Shown: positions 39,369 through 49,199, counted from the stretch's first letter. The stretch: 64,000 nucleotides of DNA from Planctomycetia bacterium (GCA_021414115.1 JAIOPD010000004.1:4982-68981), one strand, 5' to 3'. Notes: generated by a model from the letters alone, not told the origin. A program made the numbers and translations.

Positions 39369-42143
39369 ATGCCCCACGACCGAGACCTCGAGGACGCCGG
39401 ACACGAACGGCGAAGCGACGTTCCCCGTCCACACCAGCCGGGGTTGCTGGGGCGGGCACTGGTGGCGTGGACGCGGGTCTGCCTGAGGCATCCGCTCACT
39501 GTGGTGATGCTCGCGATCCTCTCGGCGGTGGCCTCGGGAGCGTGGACCGCCCGCCATCTTGGCTACAAGGTCAGCCGCGTCGATCTGCTCGATCCCGAAA
39601 GCGAATACAACAAACTCTGGATCGACTACATCCGGGAGTTCGGCGAGGACGACGATGCCGTCGTGGTCGTGGAGGGGGAATCCCGCGAGGGCGTGATCGC
39701 GGTGCTCCAGGAGGTCTCCCGCGAGGTCGCGCGGGAGGAGTCACTGTTTCGCTCGGTGTTGCACGAGGTCGACCTTTCCAAGATCCGTTCCAAGGGTCTG
39801 CACTACCTGTCGCCCGCCGATCTCGCCGACATCGACCGTTTCATCGAGCGGACGCAGCCGATTCTCGACGGCGGCTGGTCGCAGCTGAAGGTGAGCACGA
39901 TGGTCGGCGGCCTCGCGGGGCAGATGGCGGCCGGCGCGACGCCGCAGGGGCCGCGGGACGAGCCCCCCGCCGCGGCCCTGGAACGCTACGTCGAGAGCCT
40001 CGTCGCCGGCATCGACACGCCGCAGTCCGGCGAGCCGCGCAGCCTCGACTACGTGTCGCCGTGGCCGAGCATGCCGGAGTCGCTCTCGACGCTGCGTGAC
40101 CTGTCCAGCGAACACCTTCTCGCCAAGGACGGGAAGCTCGGATTCGTGCTCCTGCGGCTGACGAAAGAGAAGGGCGGATTCGCCGGCGCCTCGAAGGCGA
40201 CCGACGAACTCCGGCGGATCATCGCCGGCGTGTCAGCGCGACACCCTGGAATTTCGACCGGCCTCACCGGCCTGCCGGTGATGGAAGATGACGAGATGCG
40301 GACCAGCCAGCAGTCGATGGTCTGGGCGAGCGGGCTGTCGATGGCGGCTGTCGTGGTCGTGATCATCGCCGGCTTCGGCGGTGTGCGGCACGCGCTGATG
40401 GCCAACGGGGTGCTCGCGATCGGCATGGCCTGGGCCTTCGCCTGGGCCACCGCCAGCGTCGGCCACCTCAATATCCTGAGCGTCACCTTCACGGTGACGA
40501 TGATCGGCGTCGGCATCGACTACGGCACCTACTACATCGGCCGCTACCTGGAGCAGCGGCGGCGCGGAATGGGCTGCGACGAGGCGCTCCTGGAGGCGAG
40601 CGGGAGCGTCGGGCCGGGGATTCTCACCGGTGCGATCACGACCGCGGTGGCCTTCTTCGCGGCGGCACTGACGAGTTTCGTGGGCGTGGCCGAACTGGGC
40701 ATGATCGCCGGCGGCGGCATCCTCCTCTGCTGCGTGGCCGAGCTGCTCGTCTTGCCCGCGGTCGTGGCCCTCGTCGACCGCAGTCGGCTGGGCCGGCGGA
40801 TTCCCGAGCCGGTGCCGGTGCATGCCTGGCTGCAGCCGGTCTTTCGGCATCCGCGAATCGTGATCCTCGCGGCGATCGCCTGCACGATGGCGCTGGCCGG
40901 CGGCCTCCACGAACTTCGTTACGACCACAACCTCCTCAACATGCAGGCCGAGGGCCTGGAGAGCGTCGCCGTGGAGAAGAAGCTGCTCGAGGAGTGCGAC
41001 CAGAGCGTCTGGTATGCCCTCTCGATCGCCGACTCGCGGGAGCAGCTGCTCGACCGCAAGGCACAGCTCATGCTGCTGCCGTGCGTCGAACGGGTCGACG
41101 AGATCGCGTCGCTCCTGCCCGCTGACGAGGAACTCAAACGGCCGCTCATCGAGCGGATCCGCGGCCGGCTGGCCACGCTCCCCGAGCGGCCGCCCGAGAT
41201 CCCGGTCGATCGACTCGACGCGCTCGGCGAGACGCTGGCCTGGGCCCAGGGCGAGTCGTCGAAGCGTCCGGGCGGCCTGCGGACGGCGTGGCACCTCGAA
41301 CGGGCCCGCGACAGCCTCAGGCGCAAGGGCCCCGAGGAGTGCTACCGCGCGATCGCCACGTTTCAGCAGCGGGCGGCGGGCGACCTGTTGACCCGGCTCC
41401 ATGCGCTCTCCGGCGTCGCCAATCCCGAGCCTCCCGCACTCGACGACCTGCCGCCGAGCCTCGTGGAACGATTCGTCGGCTCGAGTGGCCGCCATCTCCT
41501 CAAGATCTACGGCCGCGGCGACATCTGGAACTTCGAGTCGCTCGAAAAGTTCGTCCGCGAGGTGCGGAGCGTCGATCCCCGGGCCACGGGCAACCCGCTG
41601 CAGGCCTACGAGGCGTCGCTGGAGATGAAGCGGAGTTATGAACAGGCGGGCCTCTCCGCGCTGGTGGTGATCCTCGTCGTACTGTGGCTCGACTTCCGTT
41701 CGATCAAGCACGCGCTGCTGGCGGCACTGCCGCTGGCCATGGGGCTTTTGCAGACGCTCGGCCTCATGGGGCTCGGGGGCATCGACCTCAACCCCGCCAA
41801 CCTGATCGGCATTCCGCTCATCCTCGGGATCGCCGTCGACTACGGCGTGCACATCGTGCACGACGCCCTCGAACGGCCGGGCCCCTATCGGATCAGCGCC
41901 TCGACCGCCAACTCCGTGCTCGTCGACGCCCTGACGACGATCCTCGGCTTCGGCGCCCTGATGGTGGCGAGTCATCGCGGACTCGAGAGCCTGGGCCGGG
42001 TGCTCACGCTGGGCGTGACCACCTGCACGGTGACGTCGCTCGTGTTCCTGCCGGCGCTCCTGGCATTCCTCCAGCCGGGTGGCCGCGAGGGCGGGGAAGA
42101 CGCGCTGGATGCGGCCGACGAGGATGGCATCCTGGCTGCGTGA
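39369..42143 (+). CDS. MMPL/RND family lipid transporter (HpnN-like)
   Basis: Two RND halves: GLTGLPV..DE, IGVGIDYG, GAITTAVAF, ELGMIAGGG; then LILGIAVDYGVH, TTILGFGAL, GLESLG. Confidence 0.85.
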   Translation: MPHDRDLEDAGHERRSDVPRPHQPGLLGRALVAWTRVCLRHPLTVVMLAILSAVASGAWTARHLGYKVSRVDLLDPESEYNKLWIDYIREFGEDDDAVVVVEGESREGVIAVLQEVSREVAREESLFRSVLHEVDLSKIRSKGLHYLSPADLADIDRFIERTQPILDGGWSQLKVSTMVGGLAGQMAAGATPQGPRDEPPAAALERYVESLVAGIDTPQSGEPRSLDYVSPWPSMPESLSTLRDLSSEHLLAKDGKLGFVLLRLTKEKGGFAGASKATDELRRIIAGVSARHPGISTGLTGLPVMEDDEMRTSQQSMVWASGLSMAAVVVVIIAGFGGVRHALMANGVLAIGMAWAFAWATASVGHLNILSVTFTVTMIGVGIDYGTYYIGRYLEQRRRGMGCDEALLEASGSVGPGILTGAITTAVAFFAAALTSFVGVAELGMIAGGGILLCCVAELLVLPAVVALVDRSRLGRRIPEPVPVHAWLQPVFRHPRIVILAAIACTMALAGGLHELRYDHNLLNMQAEGLESVAVEKKLLEECDQSVWYALSIADSREQLLDRKAQLMLLPCVERVDEIASLLPADEELKRPLIERIRGRLATLPERPPEIPVDRLDALGETLAWAQGESSKRPGGLRTAWHLERARDSLRRKGPEECYRAIATFQQRAAGDLLTRLHALSGVANPEPPALDDLPPSLVERFVGSSGRHLLKIYGRGDIWNFESLEKFVREVRSVDPRATGNPLQAYEASLEMKRSYEQAGLSALVVILVVLWLDFRSIKHALLAALPLAMGLLQTLGLMGLGGIDLNPANLIGIPLILGIAVDYGVHIVHDALERPGPYRISASTANSVLVDALTTILGFGALMVASHRGLESLGRVLTLGVTTCTVTSLVFLPALLAFLQPGGREGGEDALDAADEDGILAA

Positions 42144-42229
42144 GCCGCTCCCTCCGGCGGATCGCGGTTGTGCTGCCCGGGGGCCGCGCGGTACTCACTC
42201 GCTGGTGGTTCCGTTCCCGAGGGCATGTC

Positions 42230-42865
42230 ATGACGATCTCCATCCGCCGGGTGTTCCTGCAACTCCTCTTGGCCGCCTGCGCGGCGCCGACCCTCGCGAG
42301 CAACGTGGACCGCGTGGTCAACATCGCGATGGAGGATCAGTTCAAGAACCGCCACGAGACGCTGCGGATGCAGGGGGATGTGGTCGTGCTGGTCTACGCG
42401 GAACGAAAAGGCGCCGAAGCGGCACTCGAACTGGGCCGGAAGCTGCACCTGCGATTTCATCCCACGTCTGGCCAGGCGGCGGCGCACGAGTGGTCTCGGC
42501 AGCCGGTGGTGGGGCTCGCGGGCTGGCCGGCGGGTCTCGCTCCGCCCGACGTGCACGTTATTCCCGTGGCCTGCCTGCCCGAGGTGCCCAAGGCCCTCGA
42601 AACCGTCGCGCGGTCACGGTTTCGCAAGGAGTCGCAGCACGTGTCGGTCTGGCTCGACTTCGAAGACACGATGCGGCAGCGATTCGGCATCGTGCCCGAC
42701 GAGCCCAACATCGCCCTCCTCGACACCCGCGGCTGCCCGCAGGGGGTGCTCTCCGGCCACGTCGACGAGAAGACGTTCGCGGAGGTGGTCGGCCTCATCG
42801 ACCAGCTGCGGCTCAAGTCGCTCCAGGACCGCACGGCCGCCCTGCCGGGCAACGCGATCCGCTAG
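42230..42865 (+). CDS. Hypothetical exported protein, possibly thioredoxin-like fold without CxxC
   Basis: Signal peptide. DQF..H..QGDVVVLVYA and VWLDF..FGI..PNIALLD..G resemble an AhpC/TSA-type layout. Confidence 0.55.
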   Translation: MTISIRRVFLQLLLAACAAPTLASNVDRVVNIAMEDQFKNRHETLRMQGDVVVLVYAERKGAEAALELGRKLHLRFHPTSGQAAAHEWSRQPVVGLAGWPAGLAPPDVHVIPVACLPEVPKALETVARSRFRKESQHVSVWLDFEDTMRQRFGIVPDEPNIALLDTRGCPQGVLSGHVDEKTFAEVVGLIDQLRLKSLQDRTAALPGNAIR

Positions 42866-42884
42866 GCCGCGTCCGACGTTGGAA

Positions 42885-43242
42885 CGCCTGACGGGGGCCC
42901 GAGTGGTGGGTCGGGGCTGCCCGTGCCCCGCGAGCCGGACGTTCTCTGCGCCCATCCGGCTGTCGCGCCGTCCGCCGCCGTCGGCTCGGGGCTGCCCGTG
43001 CCCCGAGAGCCGGACGTTCGCTGCGCCCATCCTGGGCTTCGCTCACTCGATGCTGCCTGCGCTGGCCAGCAACGCCGGCTCTCGGGGCACGGGCAGCCCC
43101 TCGCGGGTTCTCGATTGTGTTCGTTGCTGGGGAAGCCCGGAGCGCGAGCGACGGGTATACGGGTGGCGACCGTGTTGATGATGGGGAGCCGTCCGACGTG
43201 GATGACGTATTCCACGCGCTGGCGCTTGGGGCTTCCTGAAGG
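42885..43242. mobile_element. Composite non-autonomous repeat element (A>A>..<A + B1>..<B2), copy 1
   Basis: A units at 42912-42938, 42987-43013 and inverted 43075-43100; B1 at 43130-43155; inverted B2 at 43212-43236. Colinear with 56335-56635. Mobility is inferred. Confidence 0.7.
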
Positions 43243-43357
43243 GGACGCGACGAGCGTCGGCTCTTCGTGCCGCCGCGCGAATCCGCAGGACCGCGAAGCG
43301 GCGACTTTTGTCACCCCCGAGCCGGCGCGGCACCGCAGTCGAACCGGCTTGGAGAGA

Positions 43358-44287
43358 TCAGGACCGGTTGCGGTCCTTGAGCCGGCGGCTGGCGCGGGTG
43401 AGTGTGTCGCGCTCGCCGGCTGTGAGGCTCGCTTCGCCGGCGCGGCTGATCTTCTCGAGGATCCGATCGACCTCCTCGTCGAGGCGGGGGTCATCGCCTG
43501 GTCGTGCCGCCGGCCGGTCGGCGTGCGCGGTGTCGTCGTCCGGCCGCACGACCCGCATCCGCGGCCTGCGCCGCAGGAGCCGGGCGGGCAGGCCGGTGAG
43601 GTCCTCGAGGCTCCATCCCCGCCAGGCGTAGAGCAGCCCGAAGACGGCACCGCCGAGGTGGGCCACGTGGGCGACGTTGCCGCTTCCCCCGGCCGCGCCG
43701 CGGACGTCGGAGACGAGATACAAGAGGCCGAGCGCCCAGACGGGCACCGGAAGCACGCCGTAGATGAGCACCGTCTGCCGTGGAAAATGCCAGACGAACA
43801 CCGCGAGCACAGCCATCACGCCGCCCGAGGCGCCGACGAGCCGGCCCCCCATGCCGCCGAAGCCCTCGCCCACCACCCAGGCTCCACCGGCGAACACGAT
43901 CGCAGCGCAGTAGAACCGCAGAAACTCGGCCCGCCCCATCAGGTCTTCGAGCTCGCGGCCGAAGAACCAGAGCGTGAGCATGTTGAAGAGCAAATGCATC
44001 GGGGAGTATTGATTGTTGGGCTGCTCGAGACTCGGCCCATCGTGGAGGAAGCCGTAGGTGAGCAGGGACCAGAAGTTCCACGGGTGTTGCGGGAGGTCGG
44101 ACCGCAGGCAGAACAGGTCGTTGATCGAGAGCCGCAGCGAAAAGAGCTCGCGGAACAGGTCGCCCGTGAGGATGAAGTTGGCCAGCCAGACCGCCACGTT
44201 GAGGGCGATGAGGGCATTGACCGCGGTCCACTCCGACGCGAACGTGGAGCGGCGCTCACCGTAGTAACCGCGATCCTGAAAGCCCAT
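43358..44287 (-). CDS. Rhomboid family intramembrane serine protease with C-terminal soluble extension
   Basis: Motifs HLLFNMLTLWFFG, catalytic GASGG and AHVAHLGGA. C-terminal EVDRILEKISRAGEASLT. Confidence 0.92.
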   Translation of the reverse strand: MGFQDRGYYGERRSTFASEWTAVNALIALNVAVWLANFILTGDLFRELFSLRLSINDLFCLRSDLPQHPWNFWSLLTYGFLHDGPSLEQPNNQYSPMHLLFNMLTLWFFGRELEDLMGRAEFLRFYCAAIVFAGGAWVVGEGFGGMGGRLVGASGGVMAVLAVFVWHFPRQTVLIYGVLPVPVWALGLLYLVSDVRGAAGGSGNVAHVAHLGGAVFGLLYAWRGWSLEDLTGLPARLLRRRPRMRVVRPDDDTAHADRPAARPGDDPRLDEEVDRILEKISRAGEASLTAGERDTLTRASRRLKDRNRS

Positions 44288-44488
44288 TGCCGAACGCCGC
44301 CGGGCAGCGGTTCCACGAGACGGGGCGGAGCATCGCCCCTCGACCGGCATCCTATGCCCGGGCGGACGCGGCCCGCAACCGGCTCCCCGCTGCCGGCGCG
44401 GCCGCGCGTGTGTTACGCTTCGCCCCGGAGCCGCCCGAACGCGGCGCCGGCCCGAGCCGGCGGCAGGGCGACGAAACCACGTGAGGGG

Positions 44489-45691
44489 ATGGCGATGGCG
44501 ACCAATGACGCGCTCGGCAGGAAGTTACGGATGGGGATCGTGGGAGGCGGCCAGGGCTCCTTTATCGGCCGCGTGCACGTCACGGCCGCCGTGCTCGACA
44601 ATCGCGCGGCGCTCGTGGCCGGCGCGCTCTCGAGCGATCCCGCCCGGGCCAAGGCAAGCGCCGCCGACTACGACATCGATCCCGCCCGGGCCTACGGCTC
44701 CTACCAGGAGATGCTCGACCGGGAGCGGGCCCTGCCCGCCGACCGGCGGATCGACTTCGTGACGGTGGCCACGCCCAACCACATGCACTTTCCCGTGGCC
44801 AAGGCGATCGTCGAGGCGGGCTTCCACGTCGTCTGCGACAAGCCGCTCACGCTCACGCTCGCGGAAGCCGAGGAGCTCGCGAAGATCGTGGCGGGCTCGA
44901 AGTCGGTGTTCGTGGTCACGCACAACTACACCGGCTACCCGCTGGTGCGGCAGGCGCGGGAGATGATTCTCGCGGGCGAGCTTGGCGAGATCCAGGCGAT
45001 CCGCGTCGAATACATCCAGGGCTGGCTGCGGACCAGGCTCGAGACCGAGGGGCAGAAGCAGGCCGCCTGGCGAACCGATCCTACGAAGAGCGGGGCCGCC
45101 GGCTGCTTCGGCGACATCGGCACCCACGCCTACAACCTCGGTCGCTACATGACCGGACTGTTGCCCGAGAAGATCAGCGCGAACCTCAAGACCTTCGTGC
45201 CCGATCGGCCGCTCGACGACTACGGCCATGCCGTGATCCGTTACGAAAACGGGGCCCTGGGCACCGTGACCGCCTCGCAGATCAGCCACGGCCGCGAGAA
45301 CGACGTGCGGATCCAGATCGACGGCACCCTGGGGAGCCTCGAGTGGCACCAGGAGGAGCCCAACAAGATGATCGTCCGTCACAACGGCAAGCCGCACATG
45401 ATCTACACGCGGGATCCCAACGCCCCCTTCATGAACCAGTCGGGAAAGGCCGCCTGCCGGTTGCCCTCAGGGCACCCCGAGGCCTTCTTCGAGGCCTTCG
45501 CCAACGTCTACCGCGCGGGCTTCGACGCCATGGCCGCGGCGGCGACCGGAGCCGCCGTCGAGAAGAAGAACACCGTCTATCCCAACATCCACGACGGCGT
45601 GGAGGGGATGTATTTCATCGAGCAGTCCGTGGCGTCGAGCAAGGCCGACGGGGCTTGGCTGCCGCTGAAGCACCCGCTGGCGAGGCGTTGA
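44489..45691 (+). CDS. Gfo/Idh/MocA family oxidoreductase
   Basis: Motifs [43 protein letters not shown]. Start at 44489 or 44495. Confidence 0.92.
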   Translation: MAMATNDALGRKLRMGIVGGGQGSFIGRVHVTAAVLDNRAALVAGALSSDPARAKASAADYDIDPARAYGSYQEMLDRERALPADRRIDFVTVATPNHMHFPVAKAIVEAGFHVVCDKPLTLTLAEAEELAKIVAGSKSVFVVTHNYTGYPLVRQAREMILAGELGEIQAIRVEYIQGWLRTRLETEGQKQAAWRTDPTKSGAAGCFGDIGTHAYNLGRYMTGLLPEKISANLKTFVPDRPLDDYGHAVIRYENGALGTVTASQISHGRENDVRIQIDGTLGSLEWHQEEPNKMIVRHNGKPHMIYTRDPNAPFMNQSGKAACRLPSGHPEAFFEAFANVYRAGFDAMAAAATGAAVEKKNTVYPNIHDGVEGMYFIEQSVASSKADGAWLPLKHPLARR

Positions 45692-45694
45692 ACC

Positions 45695-46507
45695 GTGGCA
45701 TCCGCCGATACGAAATACTTCGTCTTCGACATCGAGAGCGTGGCCGACGGCGCGCTGGTGTCGCGGCTCCGGTATCCGGGCGAAAAACTCGCGCCGGCCG
45801 AGGCGATCGCGAAGTATCGCGGCGAACTCATGGCCGAGAACGGCAAGGACTTCGTCCCCTACACGTTTCAACTGCCGATTTCGCTCGTCATCGCCAAGGT
45901 GGCCAAGGACCTGTCGCTCCAGGACCTGATCGCCCTCGACGAGAAGGAGTCGAGGCCCCACGAAATCGCGAGGCTCTTTTGGGAGGGCTGGCGGCGGTAC
46001 AACCGGCCCCGGCTCGTCTCCTTCAACGGCCGCGGCTTTGACATGCCGCTGCTCGAACTCTGCGCCTTCCGCTATGGGATCGCGATTCCCGACTGGTTTG
46101 CCGAGGACGCGCGAAACTTTGACCAGCCGCGGTATCGCTACAACACGGCGGCTCACTTCGACCTCTACGAATGGGTGACCAACAGCGGCGCGTCGCGGTT
46201 CACCGGCGGGCTATCGCTGGCGGCGAACCTCGTCGGCAAGCCGGGCAAGACCGAAGTGGCCGGCCACATGGTGCAGGATCTCTGGGATGCGGGGAAGGCC
46301 GCCGAGATCCACGACTACTGCCGCGGTGACGTGCTCGACACCTATTTCGTGTTCCTGCGGTCGCGGGTGCTCGCGGGCGACATCGACCTCAAGCGGGAGC
46401 ACGCGCTGATCGAGCACGCCAGGAAATGGATCGAGGCCAAGGCGGTCGACAGCCCCGGCCTCGCGAAGTACCTCGCCGCCTGGGGCGACTGGAAGAGTCC
46501 CTACTGA
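45695..46507 (+). CDS. Stand-alone DEDD 3'-5' exonuclease (PolB-proofreading-like)
   Basis: ExoI FDIES, ExoII SFNGRGFDMP, ExoIII YCRGDV. GTG start 4 bp after the upstream stop. Confidence 0.85.
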   Translation: MASADTKYFVFDIESVADGALVSRLRYPGEKLAPAEAIAKYRGELMAENGKDFVPYTFQLPISLVIAKVAKDLSLQDLIALDEKESRPHEIARLFWEGWRRYNRPRLVSFNGRGFDMPLLELCAFRYGIAIPDWFAEDARNFDQPRYRYNTAAHFDLYEWVTNSGASRFTGGLSLAANLVGKPGKTEVAGHMVQDLWDAGKAAEIHDYCRGDVLDTYFVFLRSRVLAGDIDLKREHALIEHARKWIEAKAVDSPGLAKYLAAWGDWKSPY

Positions 46508-46551
46508 CATCCGCTCGGCGGCTGGCCGCGGAGAGGGGTGGAGAGCGTCTT

Positions 46552-46731
46552 CCCCGCGCTCGCGCTTGGTGCTTCCCGACGACGAGGCATGGCGATCCGT
46601 GAGGCATTGCCTCGGGTGCCCGGAAAGCCCGGAGCGCAAGCGACGGGTAGACGGGTGGTGACCCGTGGCGGCGGTGTGGAGCGAGTCCGGGTGGAGGGCG
46701 TAGCCCCCGCGCACGCGTTTGGGGCTTTCCC
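46552..46731. repeat. REP-like triplet <B2 .. B1>-57 bp-<B2 (more degenerate)
   Basis: Units at 46552-46577 (inverted), 46622-46647 and 46705-46731 (inverted). Reverse-complement arrangement of 38013-38174. Confidence 0.85.
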
Positions 46732-46741
46732 GGTGGGATGC

Positions 46742-47488
46742 CTACGGACTCTCGGCCGCCGCCGCCGGCTCCTCGGCTTTTGGTTCGGCCGCCGCCGGTT
46801 CTTCAGTCTTGGGCTCTTCGCCGCCAAGCGGCGCCGCGGGCGATTCCTCGGCGACCGGTCCGGCAATGCCGGCGGCGACGCCCCGTGCCGCGGCCCGGCC
46901 GGTGTCGTCGAGCTTGCCTTTCGGCGCGCGGGCCTCGACCGTGTACATCCGGTTGGCGAACACGATCGCGACACAACTCCGTTCGATCGGTTGCTTCATT
47001 CCGCCCACCTTGGCGGTGCCCGGAGCCGTCCAGGCAACTCCGCGGTGTTCGCCAAGCGTCACCGCGGCCGGCTTCTTCGAGAGCGTGCTCTTGCCGTCAC
47101 GGGAAAACGTCGCCGCGAGCTGCTCGGTCACGGCCTCAACGAACTCCTTCTGGTTGTCGGCGGTGACCTCGGTGATCCCAGCGGGCGGATCGCCGGCCGT
47201 GACCACGATCGCCGGAAAGGTCTTCTGCGGACCGGGCGTGTAGCGGATGACGTAATCGTCGGATCGCGGGCCGCGTGCCCAGCCGGCCGGCGAACGGATG
47301 CTGATACGGCCGCCGTCGGTAGTGATCGCCGAATCGGCGTCGACCTCGCCGATCTTCACGGCCCCGCCCGATGACGACCGCTGCTTCGTGGTCTTGCCGG
47401 AGCAGCCGGCTGCCGCAAGAGCGAGGCCCAGGGCCATCAGCCCGAAGAGCTCGAGGCCCCGCATCGACATCGTGGTCATGGCTCGCAT
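46742..47488 (-). CDS. Hypothetical lipoprotein
   Basis: GAGGAGGGAG RBS before ATG 47488, lipobox LAAAGC, acidic EEP-repeat tail. The upstream part of the 726-aa track ORF is an antisense shadow of nadA. Confidence 0.75.
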   Translation of the reverse strand: MRAMTTMSMRGLELFGLMALGLALAAAGCSGKTTKQRSSSGGAVKIGEVDADSAITTDGGRISIRSPAGWARGPRSDDYVIRYTPGPQKTFPAIVVTAGDPPAGITEVTADNQKEFVEAVTEQLAATFSRDGKSTLSKKPAAVTLGEHRGVAWTAPGTAKVGGMKQPIERSCVAIVFANRMYTVEARAPKGKLDDTGRAAARGVAAGIAGPVAEESPAAPLGGEEPKTEEPAAAEPKAEEPAAAAESP

Positions 47489-47514
47489 CGCTCCCTCCTC
47501 CGACCGGGATCCCG

Positions 47515-47868
47515 CTACTCGGTGATCGGCTCCTTGATCAACTGCACGAAGTGATGCACTCGCGACGACGCGATCAACTCGGCCACCTTCTTGTCGGCGG
47601 CCTTCTTGTCGGCGTATTCGAAAAGTGCGAGCCGCTTCATGCCCTGATTGAACACGCCCCAGAAGGCCTTCATCCGCGCCTCCTTGGCGACCTTTTTCTT
47701 TCGTACGGCCTTCTTTTCGCCGACCTTCTTGGGCGCCTTGGCCTTCTTTTCCTTGGGGACCTTTTCCTTCGTGGCCTTCTCCTTGGCACCCGCCTTGGTC
47801 TTGCCACGGGCCTCCGCCGCATCCGCCTGGGCCCGCAGTTCCTTGCGATTTACGATTTTCCGCGCCAT
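47515..47868 (-). CDS. Small lysine-rich basic protein
   Basis: 117 aa, about 27 Lys by my count, with a KEK/KKA low-complexity core and a compact C-terminal domain (KAFWGVFN..FEY..HFVQLIKE). Confidence 0.85.
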   Translation of the reverse strand: MARKIVNRKELRAQADAAEARGKTKAGAKEKATKEKVPKEKKAKAPKKVGEKKAVRKKKVAKEARMKAFWGVFNQGMKRLALFEYADKKAADKKVAELIASSRVHHFVQLIKEPITE

Positions 47869-47971
47869 GTCGCAGTCGCCGTCCTTCCGTCAGAGGTTGA
47901 ATCTGGAATGAGTGGCCCGAAGTATAGCGTGTCGGCAACTCGCCGCACCGCCGGTTTATACTGACCGCATC

Positions 47972-49114
47972 ATGACCACGACCGCCACCGCCGTGCCGCT
48001 TGCCGCCCCGTTCGCCGCCTACCGGGGCCTCGAGGACGCCGTGCTCAACGACCGCATTTCGGCGGTGCGGCGGCGGATGGGTGCCAGGCTCGTGATCCTC
48101 GGCCACCATTATCAGCAGGACGGCGTGATCGCCCATGCCGACATCCAAGGGGACAGCTACCAGCTCTCGCGGTCGGCGGCGGAGCGGGCCGAGTGCGAGG
48201 CGATCGCTTTCTGCGGCGTCCACTTCATGGCCGAGACGGCCGACATCCTCGTCAACCGGCCGGACCTGGTCGCCGCCCGGGGCGGTCGGCGGGTGGCGGT
48301 CGTTCTGCCCGACATGGCCGCGGGCTGTTCGATGGCCGACATGGCCGGGATCGAGCAGGTGGAGGACGCCTGGGCCGACCTCGGCACCGTGCTCGACACC
48401 GCCGACATCACTCCCGTCACCTACATCAACTCGGCCGCGAGCCTCAAGGCCTTCTGCGGCCGCCACGGTGGCATCGTCTGCACGTCGAGCAACGCCCGGG
48501 CCGTGCTCGAGTGGGCCTTTGCCCGCACCAAGCGGGTGCTCTTCTTTCCCGACCAGCATCTCGGCCGCAACACCGCGCGGGCCATGGGCATTCCGCTCGA
48601 CGAGATGTCGCTCTGGAACCCGCACGATCCCGCCCTCGGTGGCAACACCCGCGGCCAGCTGGAGAAGAGCCGCGTGATCCTCTGGCAGGGCCACTGCAGC
48701 GTGCACGCGATGTTCAAGCCGGAGCATGTCGATGCCATGCGGGCGAACCTTCCCGGCGTGAAGATCCTCGTGCATCCGGAGTGCGCGATGGAGGTGGTCG
48801 ACAAGGCGGACCTCACGGGCTCGACGAGCTACATCCTCAAGCAGGTCGACGATGCCCCGCCGGGCACGCGGTGGGCGATCGGCACGGAACTGCACCTCGT
48901 CAAGCGGCTGGAGCAGACCCATCCCGAGCAGACGATCAAGTTTCTCTCACCGGTCGTGTGCATGTGCGCGACGATGTATCGCATCGATCTGGCGCACCTC
49001 TGCTGGAGCCTCGAGCACCTCGAGAAGGGCAAACCCGTCAACGTGATCCGTGTCGATGACGAGACGGCCGCGTGGGCGGTCACGTCGCTCGAACGCATGC
49101 TCGCGGTGAAGTGA
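47972..49114 (+). CDS. nadA: Quinolinate synthase A
   Basis: Motifs ILGHHYQ, GDSY, FCGVHFMAE, AGCSMAD, PVTYINS, GHCSVH, VHPEC and CMCATM (Fe-S cysteines). Confidence 0.96.
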   Translation: MTTTATAVPLAAPFAAYRGLEDAVLNDRISAVRRRMGARLVILGHHYQQDGVIAHADIQGDSYQLSRSAAERAECEAIAFCGVHFMAETADILVNRPDLVAARGGRRVAVVLPDMAAGCSMADMAGIEQVEDAWADLGTVLDTADITPVTYINSAASLKAFCGRHGGIVCTSSNARAVLEWAFARTKRVLFFPDQHLGRNTARAMGIPLDEMSLWNPHDPALGGNTRGQLEKSRVILWQGHCSVHAMFKPEHVDAMRANLPGVKILVHPECAMEVVDKADLTGSTSYILKQVDDAPPGTRWAIGTELHLVKRLEQTHPEQTIKFLSPVVCMCATMYRIDLAHLCWSLEHLEKGKPVNVIRVDDETAAWAVTSLERMLAVK

Positions 49115-49199
49115 TACGGCTCCCACTGAAGCCTCGCGCGTCAAGGCTCGACGTCCTACCGATTGTGGTTTCTCGTGGGGAACGCCAGCTGGCGAGGGT

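Noticed and set aside
42923-44488. N-terminal 522 aa of the 922-aa track ORF, suggesting a large fusion oxidoreductase
   Set aside because: It reads through the repeat cluster and antisense to the rhomboid gene. The real gene starts at ~44489 with its own RBS.
1-46507. recBCD + uvrA + exonuclease as a dedicated DNA-repair or defence island
   Set aside because: The genes are separated by many unrelated housekeeping genes. No defence-system or mobility genes were recognised.
47489-48922. Upstream part of the 726-aa minus-strand ORF
   Set aside because: Antisense shadow of nadA plus an off-frame overlap of the basic protein gene. The lipoprotein starts at 47488.
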